A DNA stretch of 64,000 bases from assembly GCF_964204645.1 (NCBI RefSeq), contig NC_134027.1, positions 18,376,560-18,440,559 of the forward strand, written 5' to 3'. Each line of letters opens with the position of its first letter. Within the stretch, counting starts at the first letter, position 1. Source of the stretch: Tubulanus polymorphus. Taxonomy: Eukaryota; Animalia; Nemertea. The notes below the pieces were generated by a model. That model ran no database searches. It saw only the letters and a list, made by a program, of their open reading frames with translations, and was not told the DNA's origin. Position numbers and translations under genes: made by a program. This document shows, in pieces, positions 1-10,300 of this stretch.

Positions 1-846
1 ATATACAATCTACATAGGCCTAGCAAAGCCAGAAAGGCCGCTTAACGCTAGCACCCATACAAAAAATCAAACAAAGTACCGTAACAAAAATATACACAAA
101 TTGTACAAATATAATTAACAAAATGACTCAGCAGAATGTGGATGCGTAATTATTATGTGATTGATTATTAATTATACAGTTTGGGGATTCAATAATCTTA
201 AATAACAGTTATAGCAGTTAATATTATTGCAAACAGTGAGGTTACTATAAGTGGAGATGAGATAGGTCTTTGACATACATTTAACGGATGATTTACTTAG
301 AAGGTCGATAACGTTACTAATTGGTAATGTTCTCCATATATTAGCAAGATATTCTTTCGGTGATTTTGTTTCTTTAAAATGTGGGTTTGTAAGTGAAGAA
401 TAGTTGTGATCGAGGTGAATGCTTTTAATGATTAGATAATTTGTTGAGAGAAGATCTGCAGTAAAAAAGTTTTTGAAGTATTTTGGAGGGTTGTTTTTGA
501 GTGTGTCATAGATGAAAAGGGTGGCTTTAAGTGTGTAGAGATCATTTATTTTGAGAAGATTAAGTTGTTTGAAGAGTGGTTCAGAGTGGGCAGTAAATTA
601 GACTTAGTAATAATTCCAGTTATTTGTTTTTGAAGTAAAAGACATTTTTGCGTGTGTGGTGAGTGACCCCATGATAATATACCATAGTTTAAGTGAGGAA
701 GGACAAGTGCATTGTAGATGAGGATGAAGTGATTTTGATTTAGAATTTGACTGCATTTATAGATGATACCCAGGCCTTGTGAAATTCGTTTGTGAACTTT
801 TTCTATGTGGGGTTTCCAGTTAAGGTTTTCTTGTAAAATAATGCCT
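1..846 (-). mobile_element. Non-LTR retrotransposon (CR1/L2-group LINE), 3' part of RT ORF plus 3' UTR, degenerate
   Basis: Minus strand reads GIILQENLNWKPHIEKVHKRISQGLGIIYK...LIYNALVLPHLNYGILSWG, then after a frameshift AHSEPLFKQLNLLKINDLY...YSNLTVCNNINCYNC. This is a typical CR1/L2-group RT C-terminus. Confidence 0.8.
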
Positions 847-1548
847 CAAACAAATAATCGCAACAAACTTAATGAGATAATTAAACTTTCGAAGAAACTT
901 CATTTTCAAAAAGCACTATCTCTTTCAAATGGGAATATTAAAAATACCTGGAACATTTTCAAAACTATCATCGGTAAAACTAACTATAAGTCTGACATTA
1001 TCCACATCTTCAACATTAACAATGAAGAAACCTCGGACCCTCATTTAATCGCTAACTCATTCAACAAACAGTACAACAACATAGGGCCAAATCTTGCCAG
1101 AAAATTACCTACTCCAACGCAGTCATACATTGACTATCTAAATCGTACACCTAGGCACAATACTCATTTTCTCACGCCAGTCACAGAATTGGAAGTTATT
1201 CGCACGGTTAACAGTCTTAAATCGAAACACAGTTACGGCGATGACTCGCTATCCACATTTCTGCTACAACAAATTATCTTACTAATTTCTTCCCCGCTAA
1301 CTAATCTTATAAACCAATCATTTAAATTAGGTATATTTCCAAACTCTCAAAATATCAAAAATAATTCCACTTCACAAAACAGGGGATAAATCGAGCTTGG
1401 AAAACTATAGTCCAATATCTTTATTAAACTCTCTGTCGAAGGTTTATGAAAAGCTCTTGCATAATAGATTAATTAGCTATTTAGACAACAAGCTTTCCTC
1501 ATCTCAATATGGTTTCCGAAAACGCCACATAACTGAACATGCTATAGA
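847..1548 (+). mobile_element. LINE RT ORF fragment (pre-RT region to RT domain 2), inverted relative to 1-846
   Basis: RNKLNEII...NIKNTWNIFK...IANSFN...IGPNLA...EVIRTVNSLKSKHSYGDD...SPLTNLINQSFKLGIFP, frameshift, then ENYSPISLLNSLSKVYEKLLHNRLISYL...QYGFRK (LINE RT motifs). Confidence 0.85.
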
Positions 1549-4500
1549 CTGGTCGCCTGTCCAATTCTGCGCCACCTGCATTCGCAGTCAGAATAGGACA
1601 GCTTAAACCCGTCCGCCATCTTCCGCGGAATATACGGATCCAATCAGATTTCAGTATTTCATCACGTGACCAATGTAACATGGCCGCCTTCAGAGTGTCT
1701 CGATTTACGTTCCATGGAGCTCTTAAAAGTCGATTTTTACATCAATGGAAGAAAGAAACTTGACCAAAACTATCAGGTAACGCTTTTGCGAGAACCTGTA
1801 CTGCGTTTGGCCTCGAAGATATCGACATACAAGGCAGTATGTCTCCGTTACAGCATCATCAAAATCTACCCTGCTCATAGGAACGGTCGTCAATCGACAA
1901 CACCGACGAACTTGAGATGGAAAAACCAATTTCTACTGACTGACCTACTGAACTGAACCAGCCATGCAGCAGAGGCCACGACACTGGCAATTTGTTTGTT
2001 CACTTAAGATGACTGATTGATTGTGTAAAGAGCTGGAATTTATTAATAACTACACGAGCGAGCATGCAATTGGAATTGAGATTGGATTTAGGCCTACTTT
2101 CTGGTCAAGACTTGGTCTTTGTGATTCGAGTTAAGTTAGAGATATCAGTGTCGTTCTGTTGTCACACAATTTGCCATGTTACAAAATACGTATGTCACCA
2201 TCTTGTCAGGCAGTCTGTATATTGAATAAGATTTTGTACTAGAAAGTGGACAATAAATATAGAGAACGCGTTCTCAAATGTTTTGATACTTTCTCAGTTT
2301 GTATCAAAAATATTGCTGATTTTAGGTCCTGAAAGTCCTGAAAAATGATAAATCTACAGTGTAAAATCGTCAAACGTGTCATCTATACCACAAAACACTT
2401 TATTTCCTGACCAATTTATGATGTTTTGTGTGGGCCATAGACCTCAATATCTGCCTGTGATCTCAACTTTCAATTAAGATTACGTAAGCTACTCGTGCCC
2501 AAAACGCGGCAGGCGCACAATAGAAAGTTACGCGCAGGGTACTTTTATTGTCGCCGACATAGAGGACCGATATTTTGCTAATTGGATTCGGGAGGTTTAA
2601 ACCTCCCAAGGTCAATTTACTAAAATTGTGACCTTCAGGGAGATTCTACGAAAGGCCGATCGTAATCAATTTTGGTTGAACTTGATACCATAATGCTCAC
2701 TGGTTTTAATGTCAAACCATGAAGTCCATATTTGGTAAGTTGTAAATTACTTAAAACCAAAAGAAAAACCCATTATTGGATCGAGTTTTTCCTAATTACA
2801 CGAATTACTTGAAATATCTAATAAATGAAATGTATACACAATACCAATAAGAACAACCTGATTTGATTCTGTTCGGAATTCATTCCTATATTTTCGTCAT
2901 AAAAATCGGAGGCAGTATTTCTCATTGATTTTTTCAATAGCGTCATTTCAGCCATGGACTGTAAAAAAAACGTTACTGAATCCATGGTTAAGCTCGTTTT
3001 CGAGTCAAATATTGCATTTGATTCATTTCTCGTTGTGGTTTTGTCAAAGCTATATTTTCACATCACAGTCCGATCAGTAATACAAATAGCTATTCAGTTA
3101 CCAACGGTATAGCCAATAATCTACAGAACCACCCGAATAGCGAAAATTAGCAAATTGTACCAGTGATACCAGTTTTTGTCATGATTTTATCGAACATGTC
3201 ATTCAATAATCGATGTGATCGGGTAAAAACTCGCCCCGTAAAGGTCCCTTTCAGTAAAAATCCCCTAGTTAAATATACCCCAAGGTAAAGGCCCCTGGTA
3301 AAAAACCCGAATAAAGATTTTTCAGTGTCTAGTTGGATGTTCTTTTCTTGTTCCTCTGTATACCTGTATACCTTCTCTATCAGATAGAAATGTTGTTAAC
3401 TGCAACTATCCGTTAATCAAACTGTTGAATTATTTTTGATAATCGGGAGTGATGAAAAAGTTAGGAATGAAAATTAACGGTTTAGCTACTTATATTTAGT
3501 TTAAAATCATGTGTTCTGCTTTAACAAATGCACTGTTGTATCTAAAAATATTATTTGACCCGAGTGCCTCAATCAGGGCTACATCAACAGTCCATCTCAC
3601 TGATTATTTCATCACAAATAATCACTAGCCATTGAAATGTTTAATCCTCATACAATACAATACAATTATCTCAAATCTAAATTTCATGAGATAAATGCTC
3701 CTAGATTTCATACGTTTTATTCCAACTGTTGCGACAGTCATATCAAAACTGAACTATTCATATCAATAGACGTTAAACTGGACTGTTAATATATGGAAAG
3801 TCTTTAAGGCCATATCATATATCTGAAGTGCGCTATGTTTTGCCTTGCAGTAATAATTTGATTTGTCACATGATTACTCCATATCTTCATATAATTTCCA
3901 AATAAACGAATACATTTCCATTGTTATGTTAAATGACATCAGCAAAAGCAAATAGACACAAACTACTAAACTACTGTGTTTAGGATGGTTTAAGAGATTG
4001 GACGCCGATTGATACGAAAACTAGATTTCATGCAATCATTTTCTTTCTTTAAAATCGTTGCGAATTAACCCGCGAGTGTTCGACCCTGGACGAACGGTTA
4101 ATGGAATTTTATCGGGTTAGTCTTTCTATAGCCGACTAGCTATTGAATACCAGTGATTAAGCCATAAGTAAATAACGAAGTTACTTGGGATGTTTAATTA
4201 ATTGATGACAATGTACAAGTAAAACCAGGCCTATGAGACACCCGTAATGTAAAATGATATCATGCAAGATATTCATATAAGCGTATTTTAGTCCTGATTT
4301 GAATGAATGTACCCACATTTTAGGCAATGAATCGAGACTTGGTTTTATCCCATAGCGTCAGCGCTAGTACATGCTTGAGATGAGATTGTTGGTTTATATT
4401 TTGAACTCTGTAAAGAAGTTTTGTACATTTAAGCGTGATGACGCACTGTGATGAACTATTGTACGAAATAACATATTAAATTCAATGAAAGAATCTTAAT

Positions 4501-5409
4501 GTTCCAAAAGGAATAAAATAAGTGTAGTTAAGATTAATAGTTTTTTTTTTTTCTTAATGAAAACCGATGATATAAAATAATTTAGGTTATTATCCCCAAA
4601 GTGAAAATCCCCCGGTAAAATATTCCCAATATTTGATTTAACTAACATAAAATCAACACAATTTATTATGTTTAAAAAATCTCAACTCATAGATTCTAGA
4701 TTTTATTGCACTTCTATTAACTGAAGATGATAGTAATGATGTATAGATGTATAATATGATGACCGAACGTTTGATGAGGAATAACTACTGTGGTTAGATA
4801 CAATTCTCATTCTTAGGATACGAATCGGTTGATTGAATTCGGTCATTTAAACTACTGGCTAATTTACAGTGGTCACTATTGAAACGATTAATTGAAGTGC
4901 CCTTGAAATCAAGATAGATTCCTGTTGCGTAAATTAACTAATTTTCAAGCGACCACCTTCTATTGTCGGAATTCGGCTAGCTCTTGGTTAGCCAGAAGTT
5001 TTACCATAAAGACTCAGACTAGATGATTGAATTAAATCTTTGAATAAAAATATTGTCACTGGAGTAAATATATATTCCTTATTACACTTTCAGCAGTGAT
5101 CATATGTTAAATGTAAATTGAAGGTATTACTGTCATCTAAAGTTAATAAGGTATTAGAATCGCAAAATTTAAGTTGTTCAAAACCAACATGAAAATGAGA
5201 AGAAAATACACAATATCCGTGTATGGTGAATAATGAGACAAATCCCACAATGAATTCAGCTAAAAATCAAATGTTCTACGAGCAATGTTTCGGCTAATGC
5301 TATTAGCCATCATCAGGCCCCTGTCAACATGAACATATTGATACGTAAATCGAATCCATATCATAAGCATACTATACCACAAGTAAAAAAGAGTTATTTA
5401 TTTCGAATT

Positions 5410-5480
5410 AAAAGATAGTATGAATAAAAATATGAAAAGATAGTATGAATAAAAATATGAAAAGGTAGTATGAATAAAAA
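5410..5480 (+). repeat. 25-bp tandem repeat, ~3 copies (AAAAGATAGTATGAATAAAAATATG)
   Basis: Read directly from sequence. Confidence 0.85.
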
Positions 5481-5570
5481 GTTCATTAATTTCATTTATT
5501 CTATGAATTTATTTAAAGATTTATTTCAACAAAATAGTTCAATGCACAGTTCAAATATATTGCAGTTGTA

Positions 5571-5762
5571 TGTAACGAGGTCCTATTCTGCCTGTTCCAC
5601 AGTAGAAGTTTCCTCCAAATATCGACTCTGAGAGCCCAAAAACCAGTAAAAAGGCGGACAAAAGATATTAACACAATCACCTATTGTTCTGTATTTTCGA
5701 GAGAGAGGGCAGCACCCTCCAGTTACAACATAGAAAACGACTGATGGACATATTCCATCACA
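5571..5762 (-). repeat. 3' LTR (192 bp)
   Basis: TGTAACGAGG...CCATCACA, identical by eye to 13285-13476. Confidence 0.95.
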
Positions 5763-5775
5763 CCACCCCCCCTTC
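5763..5775 (-). other. Polypurine tract
   Basis: Minus strand GAAGGGGGGGTGG directly abuts the 3' LTR. Confidence 0.85.
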
Positions 5776-6278
5776 AACTTGTTCAAACTCCTATTTGAAC
5801 AGGAATATATAGTCAAAATATCTACACAAATTAAATTATAGTCCTTATTATAGTATATTAAGCTCCAAACTTCTCGGCTCTGGATACAGTAGACATCTAA
5901 CATGGCGTAGTCGTTGTTTCGCATTAGGGTTGCATCTCAGTGATGATAATATATGCAGCTTTCGATCTCCACTAATGGTTTGTGGTTTGTTTTCGGGGCG
6001 CACCTAAGCGTAGTGTCTAACCAAAAATATCTATACCATCAAAAGGTAGATACGGCCAATGGACACTGCACTTGGCTTGCCCCTCTGCCACTGTTCCTCG
6101 TCCTGGGAAGCTGAAAAATACAATCAAAAGAAAACGGAAAGAAACTGTTCGCAATGGGGTGTGCTACATCTGGGGGGTCACGTGTGGTAGTATTTGGACT
6201 GAATGGCTTTTTGTCACTAACATTACAAAGAATAAGCGACTCCAGGTGAACCATCGTTAGGTACCGAAGGAAACACAT

Positions 6279-7112
6279 TCAGGCGCGATCTACCACACGG
6301 ATTATTTCCCGACAGACATAGTGCATGGCCGACTTTTTGTAGTGGATCCCCACAAAATCAGAATCCGGGATATCTGGATGGTCGGCCTGTTGGAACCCGG
6401 CACGGAGGGCGAAGACGTTAACCCGGTTGATGTTGTTTACCCGATTGTGGTCACCACGCCAGCAAGGAGGGACAGGGGTCTGTAGGTGGAAAAGGGGAAC
6501 AGAAGGGTGCTTGCCCTTGAGTAGCGCCAAAACTTCCGCCAACTCCTCTGTCGTCCTGCCATAATCGCCGGCATGGTTCATACCATGCGTGACCACAATC
6601 GCTCTTGCCCTAAAGGATACATGTGGGAGGTACTCCAACAAATCACCGAGTCGTTCACCAGGGTGGCAAATTGGAATCAAACCGCCGCTGGCCTTTAGCC
6701 CCGTAAACATCGAGTCTCCCAGCAACACGATTGGTAAGTCCTCAACTGCCCTCTGTTTCAAGTCTCCAAGTTTCGACCAGATGTACGAGGAGTCACCACC
6801 ACATTCGGCCAGGGCGTTCACTAGTTCCTGGCTGATGTACTCAAATGCAGCTGTGCTCATCTTCGGCCGAAAACGTCGGGTCTTTGTCGTCTTGAGACCG
6901 GTTACTACCGCACCGGTTACTATGCGACCAGGATCCTCCACAAACGACTGTTCTACGGCAGAGTTATAAAGTCTGCCCATCTTGGCTCTCAATTCGCTGA
7001 GGGTCTTGTCCTGTCTGTGAAGGGTGGAACAGACTTCTTTCGAGACCTGCCGTTTAAGGGTCTGTGTCGCCTCGTGGAGGCTAGATAACTGGTCTAACTC
7101 GATACAGTCCAT
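6279..7112 (-). CDS. ORF3: coiled coil + basic motif + SGNH/GDSL hydrolase-like domain (277 aa)
   Basis: Block I IVLLGDSM, block II CHPGERL, block III VVTHGMNH, block V-like DFVGIHY. N-terminal heptad-like helix and KTTKTRRFRPK basic patch. Candidate splice acceptor TTTATCGTTTCTAG ends 1 nt before the ATG. Confidence 0.8.
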   Translation of the reverse strand: MDCIELDQLSSLHEATQTLKRQVSKEVCSTLHRQDKTLSELRAKMGRLYNSAVEQSFVEDPGRIVTGAVVTGLKTTKTRRFRPKMSTAAFEYISQELVNALAECGGDSSYIWSKLGDLKQRAVEDLPIVLLGDSMFTGLKASGGLIPICHPGERLGDLLEYLPHVSFRARAIVVTHGMNHAGDYGRTTEELAEVLALLKGKHPSVPLFHLQTPVPPCWRGDHNRVNNINRVNVFALRAGFQQADHPDIPDSDFVGIHYKKSAMHYVCREIIRVVDRA

Positions 7113-7358
7113 GCTAGAAACGATAAATAGTTCAAAACATGAGTTGGCTGCAACGACAAGACTAAATGGCGGAGATTCCGTTCATTCAGATACCACCCGA
7201 ATCATGCAAGGTGGGTGGTCCCAAGCATACCATCAGGAGGTGCAAGGGGTCTGAAATCCTAGTCACCACCAGTTACAAATGATAATAAACTGTCTACTAA
7301 AACTAAGTAAATATATAGGCAGGGTTATATACAAGGGTACTAAATATATATATAGGAT

Positions 7359-10300
7359 TTAACCCTTTGATTTAAGGTACCGGCCCATTTCTAACCAGTA
7401 GCCTTTCCTCATGTTAATCCGGGACCGAACTTCGCGACATTTCTGGCAATTTTGGATCAGTTCTATATCAAAAATGTTGTTCTGCTCAATCTTGTCCGAG
7501 GCGACTGGAGGTCCTATAAGTGTGTTTGGATCCACCAAAGGGTCTGAGGCCCTATTTTGGTTGGCTAGCGAATCATCGTTATTGACTGTACATGAGTTTA
7601 CGAACCGACTAGGGCGCCTGATCCCTACTCTGGGCCTGAGTCTTCTGTGCCCCTCAGTGTTTGTAATGTTCAAAGGCCCAGGCTTGGAGCGGTTTTGAGT
7701 AGGAGGCTCGCGATGGTTTTGGGTAGGGTTTGTTACAAGAGGTTCTTGAATAACTGCCGTTGTCTCGGGGTGTGACCGTGTCCAGACACAGTCTTCATCT
7801 TCCTCCCCCTCGTCGTCATTGAGGGTTGGTTGCTCCTCGGGATCGGTCATTTTAACCGGTTCCTGTCTAGGTTTTTTATGACCTATGGTCACGGTCTCAC
7901 TAGACAGGAAGCACGGTTTCATATCATTGAAGTGCACAACCCGCTTTCTCTTCACCGCCCTCGGATCGGCGCCTGGTTCCAGGACAACCCTGTAATTCAC
8001 CTCCGATAGTCTCTCGGTCACGACGTAAGGCCCTTTCCATTTCCGGTGGAACTTAGATGCCTCGTCCTTCTTCAAGAAATGGCTCATCAGCCACACGCGA
8101 TCCCCGACCTTGTAACCCCCGCGTTTTGCGAAACGGTCATAGTCCATTTTCTGACGCCTTTGTGCCACCACTAGTCGATCACGAACAATGTTGTGTGACT
8201 TAGTGAGGCGGTCAGAGAGGTCCATGCCATACTTAGTCCTTGGTTGGTGGTCCTCGGGCAAGCCTACGCTGATGTCGATTGGTAGTGACATTTCCTCGGC
8301 GTACATCAAGTAGAACGGCGTTTCAAGAGTGGAGTGCTGGACGCTTGAACGAAATGCCATCAAACACGCTGGTAGTTCCTCGTCCCAGTTTGTTCCACAC
8401 TCATTGACGGCTGTAGTCAGCATGGCCTTCAGGGACTTATTGAAATTTTCCACCTGCCCATTGCCCATAGGATGGTAGGCAGTGGTTCTGGTCTTTTCAA
8501 TAGCCAAGATCCTACACATCTCCATGAAAACTTTCGACTCGAAGTTCGTGCCTTTGTCCGAGTGGATGGATTCAGGGCAGCCGTAACGGGTGACCCACTC
8601 GTTCACAAGGGCACGTGCCACCACGGAGGCCTTTTCCGTGCGAATTGGCCATGCTTCGGGCCACTTAGTGAATGCATCTTGAGCCACTAGAATGTAGACA
8701 TTGCCGCGGCGGGTTCTCGGTAATGGGCCCACGATGTCTATATGTACACGCTGGAAGCGTCGCCCTACCGGTGTAGACATCATTGGGGCTTTTGGTAGTT
8801 TGGACGGGGACTTGCACTCTTGGCAAGTTTTGCAGCCCCGAACAAAATCCCTGACCCTAGCTGAGAGGCCTAATACCCAGAATCTTTCCCTAATTTTGCA
8901 CTCTGTCTTTTTGGTACCGAGATGTTTCCCGGCAAATCCCTGATGTATGACTCCTATGGTTCCATCAGTCAGTGAAATGGGTAGTACCACTCGGTGTCTC
9001 GTTGAGGTAGCCCCCGGAAGTGGTTTAAGCGCAAGAATGCCATCTAAAAGCTCTAGTCGCTCAACCAGACTATAGAGGCTCCTCGCTGTTCTACCACACC
9101 GTTGCAGCCGTTTCTTGTCCTTGACCCCATCTCCGGCCAAGAACTCCCTAATTTCTGATATTTCGGGGTCATTTACTTGCGCCTCGATTATTTTGTTCCT
9201 GGACAAGCCAGTGGAGTGCGCTGTCAAATCGCCCTGATGTTTTGCAGTCACCTGGTATATAGATGGACCAGTGTCACCACAAGTTGGGCAGTCCCCATGT
9301 TTCCTCTGTCTCTTAGGGATGCGAGACAGGGCGTCTGCGTTCAAATGTTTGCTTCCAGCTCGATGTTCGATCACGAAATCATATTCCGACAGGCGTTCAA
9401 GCCACCGAGCCACTTGGCCCTCAGGGTTTTTGAAGGTTTGTAGCCACTTGAGTGCTGCGTGGTCTGTGCGAACTTTGAATTTCCTGCCTAGTAAATGGTG
9501 GCGGAAGTGATCAATCATGTCAACCAAGGCCAACATTTCGCGCCTGGTGGCACAATAGTTCTCCTCTCCACCTTTCAGCGTGCGGCTACTGTACTCGATC
9601 ACTCTCTCAGAACCATCGTGTTGTAGTTGTGACAGCACCCCTCCGATAGCCCAGTTAGAGGCGTCACAGTCCAAAATGAACTCTCCAGCACCCTCCGAGA
9701 AATCTGGGAATGCCAGGATAGGGGAGCTGGTCAGCTTTTCTTTCAGTCCGTCAAACGCTAGTTGTTGCTTGAATGTCCAGACGAATGGTTCATTTTTCCT
9801 CGTAAGGCGGTGTAGCGGGGCTGTCAAGTCGGCGAAATCCTTGATGAATTGTGAGTAATATGTCACAAGACCAAGGAAACTACGCAGTTCGGTAACTGAC
9901 GTTGGGGTCGGCCAATCCCTGACTCTATCGCATTTGGCACCGTCGGTTTCGACACCGGCCTCGCTTACTACATGCCCCAAAAACTTGAGGCGCCGCTGGA
10001 AAAGCGAGCACTTCCTCGGTTTTAGCTTGAGACCGGCTTTCTGAAAGCAACGAAATACCTCTTGTAATCGCGTCAGATGGGTTGGTAGATCATGACTAAA
10101 CACTACTACATCATCCAGGTAGATAAGGCATGTTTTCCATGCAACATCATCCAGTACCATTGCCATCAGTCTGCTGAATGACGCCGGGGCATTACAGACT
10201 CCAAACGGCATGACATTCCACTCAAATAGATGGTTTTCAGTCGTGAATGCGGTCTTATGTTTGTCTGATTCCTTTATTGGGACCTGCCAGTATCCGCTAG

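Noticed and set aside
5583-5924. 113-aa minus-strand ORF
   Set aside because: Runs through the PPT and LTR with no recognisable motifs; incidental.
6039-6278. 79-aa ORF in frame directly after the ORF3 TGA (possible readthrough or ORF4)
   Set aside because: No motif, TM segment or readthrough context recognised; cannot be supported without family conservation.
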